In this document: piece after piece, positions 1 to 8,786 of the stretch
Layout: every line of letters begins with the position of its first letter
How positions within the stretch are numbered: the stretch's first letter is position 1
NCBI GenBank assembly: GCA_965242865.1
Contig: CBDETK010000013.1
Location: 928,001 to 992,000 of the forward strand
Direction: 5' to 3'
Length of the DNA: 64,000 nt
Origin: Candidatus Latescibacterota bacterium
GTDB taxonomy: Bacteria; Latescibacterota; UBA2968; UBA8231
Translations under genes and position numbers: made by a program
The notes under the pieces: model-generated
What the model saw: only the letters and a program-made list of their open reading frames with translations
Told to the model about the DNA's origin: nothing
The model's database searches: none

Positions 1-2
1 AA

Positions 3-467
3 GTGGCGGGCGTCGCTTGGGAGGATATATCCTTGGAAGGCGTCTTTCACATTCTGCGCCTGCCCGATACGAAATCGGGCGTGACGCAGGAGATCAAACT
101 GCAAAACATCGTCTTACATCATCTCGAACTATACAAACAACAGCTACAGAACGCGGGTTGGCCGACGACCGGCAAGGTCTTTATCAGCCTGTCGCGCAAC
201 CAGTCTCGCGGCCAGCCCCTGACCGACCAGTCGGTAAATCACATCGTCAAGAAGTACGCCCGGCGCACCGGCCTCCCCCAAAACGTCACCGCGCACATGT
301 TTCGCCATACATGCTGCACCCTAGCGATTGAAGGCGGCGCCAAGCCCCAGCAAGTGCAGGCCCACCTGCGCCACAAGGACCTAAAGACGACCATGCGCTA
401 CTACGAAAACCGCGAAAAGCTGCTCGACAATGCGTCGGATTATATTAGGATGGGTATGGGTAGTTGA
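3..467 (+). CDS. Tyrosine recombinase (Xer/integrase family), C-terminal catalytic part, 5'-truncated by the window edge
   Basis: Catalytic motifs DTKSG (K), HMFRH (HxxR) and HLRHKDLKTTMRY (H...Y). Confidence 0.9.
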   Translation: MAGVAWEDISLEGVFHILRLPDTKSGVTQEIKLQNIVLHHLELYKQQLQNAGWPTTGKVFISLSRNQSRGQPLTDQSVNHIVKKYARRTGLPQNVTAHMFRHTCCTLAIEGGAKPQQVQAHLRHKDLKTTMRYYENREKLLDNASDYIRMGMGS

Positions 468-545
468 GCTACCCGGATACACCCCCCGCTATCAGCTTTA
501 GAACTCCCGCAACAGCCGCCTTATTTGTGTTTTGCTTTATTTTTT

Positions 546-573
546 TGTTTACATAATATATTTTATAAGACAT
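546..573 (-). other. dif-like XerCD recombination site 1 (candidate chromosomal dif)
   Basis: Minus strand ATGTCTTATAA-AATATA-TTATGTAAACA, an 11-6-11 layout; right arm nearly identical to the B. subtilis dif arm TTATGTAAACT; intergenic, 78 bp after the recombinase stop. Confidence 0.8.
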
Positions 574-618
574 CATATTACGGATATTGCAGATTGAGGT
601 GTGTTGTGACCTCTCGTG

Positions 619-1560
619 TCACTCGGCGATATCCAAGTGCCGCTGAAAGGTCGCCAGATCGGCTGCTTGCACTGCCATGCGATGCAACTGCTTGAGCCGG
701 TGCAAATCGTGAATCGCGGCAATGCGGGCGGCCAACGAATGGGCGGAGGCCGCCCCAAAGCGAATCTCCAACACGTCGAGAATATCTTCAATGGCGCGGT
801 TGCGGCCCCCCTGCTCAATGCCCTGCTCAATGCCCTGCTCAATGCCCTGCTCAATGCCCTGCTCAATGCCCTGTTGGGTGAGGTGTTGAGCAAAGGATGA
901 TTCGCGCATGATTGCGTCCATAAGACCCTCCTGGGAAATAATACGCTGAATGGTGGTCCACTCGTAAGCCAACCCACTCAGTATCGCCAAGCCGCCCAAA
1001 AAGTCAACCTTGACGGCCGGATCCAATGGCATCGCCTGGGTTGCCTGAATGCACTGGCGCAACCACGCTTCCGAGGCCATGCCGGCCGGCGGTTTCATCA
1101 AGGGCGTGAAAGGAAGCAAACCCGACGGACCGGCGCGGACAACCGCTTGTCCCTCGATTTCGCTCAACCGAATGACCTTGTATTGCACCAAGATGCAGTG
1201 GCCGGGCAGGTCTTGGGCGTAGTAGCCCGGATCGCGCCGCCCGGCTTGGGGCCGTAGGTAAATCACGCTGGAATAGACCGGCTGGCGATGTTGTTCAATG
1301 GCGCGGATGATATAGCTGGCCATGCGGAGCGGCATGGGCGGGTCGGTGCGGTCGGTGGTTTGAAACTCGTGATGGACCAACGCCTCTTCACCGGCGATTT
1401 GGGCGCGCATGAGGCTATCGGTTTGGTGGGTTTCGACGGTGGATTGCTCTGGGTTGATGACTTCGCAGGCCGCCACATCGTCTCGTTGGAGGGCGAAGCG
1501 GACGAAGTCGGCGGGATAGGCTTGGATCAGGTGTTTGGAAATGGTATCGTATTCGGCCAT
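619..1560 (-). CDS. Rpn/YhgA-like PD-(D/E)XK nuclease / putative transposase family protein
   Basis: YD...K N-terminus, TDSL...HHEFQT motif, RMASY, PVYSSVIYL, C-terminal EQGI repeats and LEIRFG tail. Confidence 0.8.
   Translation of the reverse strand: MAEYDTISKHLIQAYPADFVRFALQRDDVAACEVINPEQSTVETHQTDSLMRAQIAGEEALVHHEFQTTDRTDPPMPLRMASYIIRAIEQHRQPVYSSVIYLRPQAGRRDPGYYAQDLPGHCILVQYKVIRLSEIEGQAVVRAGPSGLLPFTPLMKPPAGMASEAWLRQCIQATQAMPLDPAVKVDFLGGLAILSGLAYEWTTIQRIISQEGLMDAIMRESSFAQHLTQQGIEQGIEQGIEQGIEQGIEQGGRNRAIEDILDVLEIRFGAASAHSLAARIAAIHDLHRLKQLHRMAVQAADLATFQRHLDIAE
809..873. repeat. 12-bp tandem repeat CCCTGCTCAATG x5 (encodes QGIE repeats)
   Basis: Five perfect units plus a partial unit, inside the Rpn gene. 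Confidence 0.95.
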
Positions 1561-1568
1561 AACAATTC

Positions 1569-4493
1569 CTACACCACAATATTGACGATCTTATTCGGCA
1601 CCCAGATAAATCGCTTTATCGCCGCTTCATCGGCCACGTACCGCTGGATGCTCTCCATGGCGAGCACCAAGGATTTTATCTCTTCCTCGCCGGTGTGGAC
1701 CGGCACTTCGACTTGTCCGCGCATTTTGCCATTGACCTGAATGGGTACTACGATCAAGTCCTCGGCGGCCTTTGCTGCATCCCACCGCGGCCAACTCTGA
1801 CGACTGAGGCCCTCCGCCTCCTCTGCCCCCAAGCCGGCCAACTCCCATAGCTCCTCGGCAAGGTGCGGCGCAAAGGGCGCGAGCAAGAGCAAGAAGGGCT
1901 TGGCGACGGCCTGCGGCACCTCGTCTAAGGACACCAACAAGTTGTTTAGCTCGATCAAGGCGGCAATGGCCGTGTTAAACCGCAGCCCCTCTATGTCCTC
2001 GGTCACCTTTTGGATGGTTTGGTGCAGCTTTCTTTCCAAGTCCGGGGTCAGTGCCGTGCTCGTCCCTATTTTTATGCGTCGCTCTGAATCGACGAAGTTG
2101 CGCCAAACCCGCTGCAAAAAACGCTGCATCCCGCGGATGCCTTCCATGCTCCACGGCGCACTCGCTTCGAGCGGCCCCATGTACATTTCGTACAGCCGCA
2201 GGGTATCCACGCCAAATTCCTCGCCGACTTCTTCGGGTGGCAACCCGTTTTTATAGCGTTTGCCCATCTTGCCGAAGGACCGGTGCAGCCGCTTCCCCGT
2301 CCCCTTCTCAACAGGCTCCCCGTCGTGGAACTCGACCTCGCGGATGTCGATATACACGCCGCGATCGTCTTGGAAAGCATCGGCCGTCATCATGCCTTGA
2401 TTGAACAGCTTCTTAAACGGCTCGGGCGTAGATACGTGGCCCAAGTCGTAGAGGGCCTTGTGCCAAAACCGGGCGTAGAGCAAGTGCAACACCGCGTGTT
2501 CAGCACCGCCGATGTACAGATCGACCGGCATGAAGTAGCCTTCCTTGGCCGGGTCGCAGAAGGCTTCTTCGTTGTGTGGGTCGATAAAGCGGAGATAGTA
2601 CCAGCACGAACCAGCCCATTGGGGCATGACGTTGAGTTCGCGCTGGCAGGCCACCCCGTCAATTGCTACAGTCGTCCATTCCGCGCCAGCCCGGTGCAGC
2701 GGCGGCGACACGGGTTGCGCGGGATCGTCCGAGGTCTCCGGCCTGAAATCCTTTAGGTCCGGCAGCACCACCGGAGGGCCGGCCGCGACCGAATATCCGT
2801 CGGGATGCGTGGCCAGTGGAAAGGGTTCGCCCCAATAGCGCTGCCGCGCAAAGGTCCAGTCGCGCAGCTTGTAGTGTACCGCGGCTTGGCCGCGCCTGTG
2901 GGCTTCTAGAGCGGCGACAATTTGGGCTTTGGCCGCGGCGGATGCCAAGCCGTTAATGGCATAAAAATTATCGCCGGCCGCTGGAACAGGAGGCGAATGG
3001 ATCGCGGTTCCCTCGCCAGCATACCACCCGGTCTGGCCAGCACCAGCCAGCGGAAGCACGGCCCCGCCTTCCTCTTCGGCCACCACGCGCACGATGTCCA
3101 AGCTATACGCGGTGGCAAAGGCAAAGTCGCGCTCGTCGTGGGCCGGCACGGCCATGATGGCCCCCGCGCCGTAGTCCATGCTGACGTAGTCCGCGACAAA
3201 GATGGGGATTTTTTGCTCATTGACTGGATTGCGGGCGTAGATGCCGGAGAAAATCCCGGTTTTTTCCTTGGTCTCATCGGCGGTGGCGACGGCAGCCTGA
3301 GCTACGTACTCGGCGACGGCTTCCCGGATGGAGGCTCCGCTCCCCTTCCACTGCGCCGGCGTCCCCTCGGGCCAAGCACTCGGAACCAAGTAGGATTCTG
3401 ACGCGGGATCGACCAGCGGATGCAGCGGAGCAATGGCCATAAAGGTCGCGCCAAAGAGCGTGTCGGGCCGGGTCGTGAACACGGGCAACGGCTCGACGAC
3501 CGCGTCGCTTTGCGAATCGAGGACATCGAAATGCACTTCCGCCCCTTCGCTGCGGCCGATCCAATTGCGCTGCATCCGCTTGATGGGTTCGGGCCAATCG
3601 AGGCAAAAGGGCGCGCCGTGGCGGTCCTCCAGCTCGGCGTCCAAATCCGCCAAGAGCCGCTCGGCGTAGGCTGTGATGCGCATCGTCCACTGCCGCAATG
3701 GCTTGCGATAGACCGGGAAATCGCCCCGCTCGCTGCGGCCTTCGTTGGTCACCTCCTCGTTGGCCAACACAGTGCCCAAGCGAGGGCACCAGTTGACGAC
3801 GGCCTCTTGCTGGTACGCCAAGCGGTAGTTGTTCAACACGGCTTGCCGTTCCACCGCGGTGAGGGCCGCCCAGTCGGCCTCCGAGTGGAGCGTTTGGCGG
3901 TCGGCGGGCGACAAGGCCCGGCCGGCCGCAAATTGGGCCTCTAAGTCGGCGAGAGGCTTGGCCCGCCCCTGTATGAGGCGTCCTTGGCTGTCTTCCCAAG
4001 TATCGTCTTCGTCGAAATAGCTATTGAAGAGTTGGGCAAAAATCCACTGGGTCCAGCGGTAGTACGACACCTGCGAGGTGACCACTTCGCGCTCCCAGTC
4101 AAACGACAGCCCGAGAAACTGCAACTGGCCGCGCATGGCCGCGATATTCTGCTCGGTAACGGTCGCGGGATGGATGTTGTGTTCGATGGCGTATTGCTCG
4201 GCCGGCAACCCAAAACTGTCGAACCCCATCGGGTGCAGGACGTTAAAGCCCTGCATCCTTTTGTAGCGGCTGTAGATGTCGCTGGCGATGTACCCTTTGG
4301 GATGGCCGATGTGCAACCCCGCGCCGCTGGGATAGGGAAACATATCGAGGATGTAGCACTTGGGTTTGCTGCCGTCAAACCCGGGATCGCCCGGTCCCCG
4401 CGTTTGATAGGTCTGCTCCCGCTGCCAATGGGACCGCCATTTGGCCTCGATGGTTTGGAAGTTGTACTGGTTTGTTTTCTCTTTGGTTGACAT
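1569..4493 (-). CDS. leuS: Leucine--tRNA ligase
   Basis: MFPYPSGAGLHIGH (HIGH), KMGKR (KMSKS variant), editing domain TTRPDT; start moved to ATG 4493 behind AAGGAG. Confidence 0.97.
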   Translation of the reverse strand: MSTKEKTNQYNFQTIEAKWRSHWQREQTYQTRGPGDPGFDGSKPKCYILDMFPYPSGAGLHIGHPKGYIASDIYSRYKRMQGFNVLHPMGFDSFGLPAEQYAIEHNIHPATVTEQNIAAMRGQLQFLGLSFDWEREVVTSQVSYYRWTQWIFAQLFNSYFDEDDTWEDSQGRLIQGRAKPLADLEAQFAAGRALSPADRQTLHSEADWAALTAVERQAVLNNYRLAYQQEAVVNWCPRLGTVLANEEVTNEGRSERGDFPVYRKPLRQWTMRITAYAERLLADLDAELEDRHGAPFCLDWPEPIKRMQRNWIGRSEGAEVHFDVLDSQSDAVVEPLPVFTTRPDTLFGATFMAIAPLHPLVDPASESYLVPSAWPEGTPAQWKGSGASIREAVAEYVAQAAVATADETKEKTGIFSGIYARNPVNEQKIPIFVADYVSMDYGAGAIMAVPAHDERDFAFATAYSLDIVRVVAEEEGGAVLPLAGAGQTGWYAGEGTAIHSPPVPAAGDNFYAINGLASAAAKAQIVAALEAHRRGQAAVHYKLRDWTFARQRYWGEPFPLATHPDGYSVAAGPPVVLPDLKDFRPETSDDPAQPVSPPLHRAGAEWTTVAIDGVACQRELNVMPQWAGSCWYYLRFIDPHNEEAFCDPAKEGYFMPVDLYIGGAEHAVLHLLYARFWHKALYDLGHVSTPEPFKKLFNQGMMTADAFQDDRGVYIDIREVEFHDGEPVEKGTGKRLHRSFGKMGKRYKNGLPPEEVGEEFGVDTLRLYEMYMGPLEASAPWSMEGIRGMQRFLQRVWRNFVDSERRIKIGTSTALTPDLERKLHQTIQKVTEDIEGLRFNTAIAALIELNNLLVSLDEVPQAVAKPFLLLLAPFAPHLAEELWELAGLGAEEAEGLSRQSWPRWDAAKAAEDLIVVPIQVNGKMRGQVEVPVHTGEEEIKSLVLAMESIQRYVADEAAIKRFIWVPNKIVNIVV

Positions 4494-4512
4494 AAAACTC
4501 CTTATAAGACAT
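4485..4512 (-). other. dif-like site 2, overlapping the leuS RBS and start codon
   Basis: ATGTCTTATAA-GGAGTT-TTATGTCAACC; arms match site 1 at 20/22 positions. Confidence 0.75.
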
Positions 4513-5805
4513 TTATGGATAGAGACGCTGCATGGTGCGCGGAAATGGAACGGCCTCGCGCACATGCTTGAGACCGCACACCCAAGCGACCACCCGCTCA
4601 ATGCCCATGCCAAAGCCGGCATGTTCGACCGAACCATAGCGCCGCAAGTCGAGATACCAGTTAAAGGCCGCTGGGGGCAGCTGATGCGCGGCTATTTTGT
4701 GCTGCAAGACCGCGAGATCGTCTTCGCGTTGCCCCCCGCCGACGATTTCCCCGTACCCTTCGGGCGCCAGCAGGTCCATGCACAGAGCCAAGCGGCGGTC
4801 TTGGGCATCTTCCTTCATGTAGAACGCTTTGACCGCCCGGGGATAGCGGTGGACGAAAACCGGCGACTCAAACTCGGAGGCGAGGAGCGTTTCGTCGTCT
4901 CCCCCCAGATCGTGCCCCCAAGCAATGTCGCTGCCCAAGGCGGTCAAGCGGTCGACCGCTTCGTCGTAGGTGATGCGCGGAAAGGGCCGGCGGACCTGCT
5001 CCAGCTTGGCGGAATCTCGGTCGAGCACCGTTAGCTCGGCGCGGCAGCGGTCGAGGACGCGGTCGAGCGCGTACAGGACCAGGTCTTCGGCCAAGGCCAT
5101 GGCCCCCGCTAGATCGCAATAGGCCATCTCCGGCTCAATCATCCAAAACTCGGTTAGGTGCCGGCGGGTCTTGGACTTTTCTGCGCGGAACGTCGGCCCA
5201 AAGCAATAGACCTGCCCCAAAGCCATGGCGGCCGCTTCCATATAGAGCTGGCCGCTCTGGGTCAAATAAGCCGTGTCGTCGAAATACGCGGTCTCAAACA
5301 GGGTTGAGGTGCCCTCGCAGGCCGCGGGCGTAAAAATCGGCGCATCCACGAGCACAAAGCGGCGCTCTTCCATGAAGTCGCGGCACGCTTGGCAGACTGT
5401 GCTGCGGATTTTGAGAATGGCCCGAGGCCGCATCGACCGCAGCCACAAGTGGCGGTGGTCGAGGAGAAAGGACACCCCGTGTTCCTTGGGCGCGATGGGA
5501 TACGGCTCGGCCTCCTGCACGACATCGAGGTGGCTAACCCCCACCTCATAGCCGATGGGGGCGCGAGCCTCTCGCCGCACTTGGCCGCGGACGACGAGCG
5601 AAGACTCTTGCGGCAAGCGAGCGCAGTGCTCGAATAGTTCGGGCGCGACATCGCCCTTAAACACGACGCATTGCACCACGCCACTGCCGTCGCGCAATTG
5701 CAGGAAGTGCAGCTTGCCACTAGAGCGCCTGTTGTACAACCAACCGCGCAACGCAACTTCTCGCCCCTCGTAGCGGCCAATATCAGCGACCTGAATCGAC
5801 TCCAT
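4513..5805 (-). CDS. asnS: Asparagine--tRNA ligase
   Basis: OB-fold GW..NRRSSGK..F..LRDGSG, YLTQSGQL, FRAEKSKTRRHLTEFWMIEPE, GFGMGIER; start at MESIQ (the upstream extension is REP-derived). Confidence 0.96.
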   Translation of the reverse strand: MESIQVADIGRYEGREVALRGWLYNRRSSGKLHFLQLRDGSGVVQCVVFKGDVAPELFEHCARLPQESSLVVRGQVRREARAPIGYEVGVSHLDVVQEAEPYPIAPKEHGVSFLLDHRHLWLRSMRPRAILKIRSTVCQACRDFMEERRFVLVDAPIFTPAACEGTSTLFETAYFDDTAYLTQSGQLYMEAAAMALGQVYCFGPTFRAEKSKTRRHLTEFWMIEPEMAYCDLAGAMALAEDLVLYALDRVLDRCRAELTVLDRDSAKLEQVRRPFPRITYDEAVDRLTALGSDIAWGHDLGGDDETLLASEFESPVFVHRYPRAVKAFYMKEDAQDRRLALCMDLLAPEGYGEIVGGGQREDDLAVLQHKIAAHQLPPAAFNWYLDLRRYGSVEHAGFGMGIERVVAWVCGLKHVREAVPFPRTMQRLYP

Positions 5806-5819
5806 TTTCTCATCCGTAG

Positions 5820-5887
5820 CGTCATGCCCGCGAACGCGGGAATCCAGATGTGGGTATTCCGTCATGCCCGCGAACGCGGGAATCCAG
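5820..5887. repeat. Two direct copies of a 28-bp palindromic REP/dRS3-like element
   Basis: CGTCATGCCCGCGAACGCGGGAATCCAG at 5820-5847 and 5860-5887; internal hairpin CCCGCG-AA-CGCGGG. Confidence 0.85.
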
Positions 5888-5906
5888 TCTTGCTATAACA
5901 TAAAGA

Positions 5907-5937
5907 GAAGGCTATCGAGATAGACTCGATAGCCTTC
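5907..5937 (-). terminator. Intrinsic terminator after pnp
   Basis: 13-bp perfect stem GAAGGCTATCGAG/CTCGATAGCCTTC followed by TCTTT on the minus strand. Confidence 0.75.
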
Positions 5938-5960
5938 CCATCCTAGCCGAGACCAGCCCC

Positions 5961-8030
5961 CTACTTCTTTAACAGGGCCTTGTGGCTGAGTCGCATCTTG
6001 CCGCCGGTGTCAATTTCGAGGACCTTGACGGCGATTCGGTCCCCTTGCCCGACGACGTCCTCGACCTTGTCCACGCGCCGATGGGCCAGCTCGGAGATGT
6101 GCAACAGGCCCTCCTTGCCGGGCAAAATCTCGACGAAGGCCCCAAAGGGCATGACCCGCTTGACGACCCCGTCGTACTCCCGGCCCACCTCGGCGTCGGC
6201 CGTGATTCCCTCGATCATGCGCCGCGCCTCTTCGGCCGGGCCGGCTTCAACCGAGGCAATAGTAATCGTGCCGTCTTCATCGACATTGACCGTGGCCCCG
6301 GTCTTTTCGATCTCGCGGATGGTCTTGCCGCCCGGGCCGATGACCGCGCCGATTTTGCTCTGGTCAATTTTGACGAATTCAATGCGCGGCGCCCAGCGCG
6401 AAAGCTCGGACCGCGCCGCGCTCAGGCATTCGTTCATAAGGGCCAAGACCTGCTCGCGCCCCTGTTTGGCGCGGTCGAGGGCCTCCTTGAACACGCTGAG
6501 CGACAAGCCCTGGATTTTAATGTCCATCTGAATCGCGGTAATCCCGTCCTCGGTGCCAGCGACCTTGAGGTCCATGTCGCCGAGAAAATCTTCGGCGTCG
6601 CGGATGTCGGTCAGCAGCTCGTACTCGTCCCCTTCCTTGACCAAGCCCACGCCCGTCCCGCACACCGCGGTTTTGACCGGAATGCCGGCGTCCATCAAGG
6701 CGAGGGAGCAGCCGCACACCGTGGCCATGGAGCTGGAGCTGCTCGACTCAGTAATATCGGACACCAACCGAATCGTGTAGGGAAAGGACTCGACCGCTGG
6801 GATGACCGGCTCTAGGGCGCGCTCGGCCAGATGGCCATGGCCGATGTCCCGACGCCCCGGACCGCGCTCAAAGCGCACTTCCCCGACCGAATACGGGGGA
6901 AAGTTGTAATCCAAGTAGTAGGACTTAAACCGCTTGCCCTGCAGGTCGTCGGCCATGCGCTCGTCAAGCTTGGTCCCCAGCGTTGCCACGCACAGGGCTT
7001 GGGTCTGCCCGCGCGTAAAAAGCGCTGAGCCGTGCGCCCGCGGCAGCACCGCGCTTTCGCAGGTGACGTCGCGCACCGCGTCGAGCGCCCGGCCGTCAAT
7101 GCGCCGCTTCTCTTGGAGAATCATGGCGCGCATGTCGGCCTTGAGCAGCACCTCCAGCTCGTCCTTGATGAGCCTTTCGGCGTCGGGGAAACGCTCGGCC
7201 AAGCGCGCCAAGACATCGGCGTTGATCGCGTCGATGCGCGCTTGGCGCTCTTCTTTGACCGGGCTTCGGTTGGCCTCGGCAATGCGGTCGCCAGCCAACT
7301 CGGCCACGGCTTGGACCAGCGCGGGATCGGCCTCTTCGGTCTCGATGACGATTTTCTCCTGGCCGACTTCCGCGCTGAGTTGCTTTTGCAGCTCGACCAA
7401 TTCGACGATGCACTCGTGGCCAAAGGCCAACGCATCCACGAGGGCTTGCTCGGCAATCTCGTGGGCCCCGCCTTCGACGCTGACGATGGAATCGGCCGTG
7501 CCGCAGACCATGATCTCGAGATCGGAATCATCGAGCTCGGCCGGGGTCGGATTGGCCACGAACTCGCCGTTGATGCGCCCGACCCGCACGGCCCCGATCG
7601 GGCCGGCAAAGGGAATGTCCGAGATGCTCAGGGCGGCCGAGGCCCCGATTAAACCCAAGACGTCGGCGTCGTTTTCGCCGTCGTACGACAGCACCGAAAC
7701 ATAGACTTGGAGCTCGTAGGGGAACTTCTTGGGGAACATGGGCCGGATGGGGTGGTCGATCAACCGCGCACTCAGGGTCTCCTTTTCCGAGGGACGCCCT
7801 TCGCGCTTGAAGATGTTGCCCGGTATCTTGCCCCCAGCGTAGGCCTTTTCCCGATAATCTACGATCAAGGGCAAAAAGCCGCGGTCCTCCGGGGTGTTGG
7901 TGCGGCAGGCCGTGACCAGCACGACGGTCTCCCCGTATTGCACCCACACGGCCCCGTTGGCTTGCTTGGCGATGCGGCCGGTTTCGATCGACAGGCTCCG
8001 CCCGCCTATTTCGCGTTCTAGTTTAGTCAT
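5961..8030 (-). CDS. pnp: Polyribonucleotide nucleotidyltransferase
   Basis: Two RNase PH domains, KH (IGPGGKTI) and S1 domains. Confidence 0.97.
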   Translation of the reverse strand: MTKLEREIGGRSLSIETGRIAKQANGAVWVQYGETVVLVTACRTNTPEDRGFLPLIVDYREKAYAGGKIPGNIFKREGRPSEKETLSARLIDHPIRPMFPKKFPYELQVYVSVLSYDGENDADVLGLIGASAALSISDIPFAGPIGAVRVGRINGEFVANPTPAELDDSDLEIMVCGTADSIVSVEGGAHEIAEQALVDALAFGHECIVELVELQKQLSAEVGQEKIVIETEEADPALVQAVAELAGDRIAEANRSPVKEERQARIDAINADVLARLAERFPDAERLIKDELEVLLKADMRAMILQEKRRIDGRALDAVRDVTCESAVLPRAHGSALFTRGQTQALCVATLGTKLDERMADDLQGKRFKSYYLDYNFPPYSVGEVRFERGPGRRDIGHGHLAERALEPVIPAVESFPYTIRLVSDITESSSSSSMATVCGCSLALMDAGIPVKTAVCGTGVGLVKEGDEYELLTDIRDAEDFLGDMDLKVAGTEDGITAIQMDIKIQGLSLSVFKEALDRAKQGREQVLALMNECLSAARSELSRWAPRIEFVKIDQSKIGAVIGPGGKTIREIEKTGATVNVDEDGTITIASVEAGPAEEARRMIEGITADAEVGREYDGVVKRVMPFGAFVEILPGKEGLLHISELAHRRVDKVEDVVGQGDRIAVKVLEIDTGGKMRLSHKALLKK

Positions 8031-8092
8031 TGGATATATCTTTTGCTCTTTCCTTTGAGGTGAGGTTTGAAATCAACGAGCACCGCTACGAG

Positions 8093-8359
8093 CTAGCGGC
8101 GCAATCCAAGCTCGCGGATCAATGCCGCGTACGCCTGCGGGTTTTTCTTTTGGTAGTAGCTCTGCAATCGCCTCCTTTTGCCTATGAGTACGAGTAACCC
8201 TCGCCGCGTGGCAAAGTCCTTTTGCTGGTCCTTGAGATGTTCGGTCAGGTTCCGGATCCGCTCGGTGAGAATCGCGATCTGCACCGGGGTGGAACCCGGG
8301 CCGCCCTCTGGGCCAAACTTTTCAATCAGTTCCTTCTTGCGTTCGCTGGTTATGGACAC
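8093..8359 (-). CDS. rpsO: 30S ribosomal protein S15
   Basis: GST.VQIAILT.RI..LTEHL...KD..TRRGL, LGLRR end; GTG start behind GGAGG. Confidence 0.95.
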   Translation of the reverse strand: MSITSERKKELIEKFGPEGGPGSTPVQIAILTERIRNLTEHLKDQQKDFATRRGLLVLIGKRRRLQSYYQKKNPQAYAALIRELGLRR

Positions 8360-8786
8360 TTCCAACCTCCGTATTTCGTTTCGCACCGCGCTGTTGGCCA
8401 CGGGCGGCAAACAAGGCGCGTGCTCGATGAATGTCTCTGCGGATTTGCCCTACCAACTCAGCGGGGCAGGCAAATGCGCGTGGGTCGCGCAGCTTCTCTA
8501 GGAGGACGACCTGTAAGGTCTGGCCGTAGAGGTCGCCGGCAAAATCGAGGATGTGCAACTCGATGACGAGCGCTGCTTCGGCGAATGTGGGCCGAGGGCC
8601 GATATGCGCCACGGCCGGCAAAACCCCACTTTGGCGGTATTGCACTGCGGCGGCAAAGACCCCTTGGGGCAAGGGCGCATCGCTTGGGGGCTGCAAATTC
8701 GCCGTGGGAAACCCCAGTGTTCGGCCCCGGCCTTGGCCCTTGGTGACGCGGCCGGAAAAACGCACGCCAGCGCATTCCCATTCCAT
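8322..8786 (-). CDS. Stand-alone riboflavin kinase (RibF C-terminal domain only)
   Basis: G..RGRTLGFPTANL, GVFAA, IGPRPTF, ELHILDF.GDLYG; no FAD synthetase domain. Confidence 0.88.
   Translation of the reverse strand: MEWECAGVRFSGRVTKGQGRGRTLGFPTANLQPPSDAPLPQGVFAAAVQYRQSGVLPAVAHIGPRPTFAEAALVIELHILDFAGDLYGQTLQVVLLEKLRDPRAFACPAELVGQIRRDIHRARALFAARGQQRGAKRNTEVGSVHNQRTQEGTD

Noticed and set aside
573-977. Alternative-frame ORFs with RALS/NALL repeats
   Set aside because: Shadows of the 12-bp repeat in the Rpn gene
5820-5887. Possible CRISPR array
   Set aside because: Only two repeats, 12-nt spacer, no cas genes
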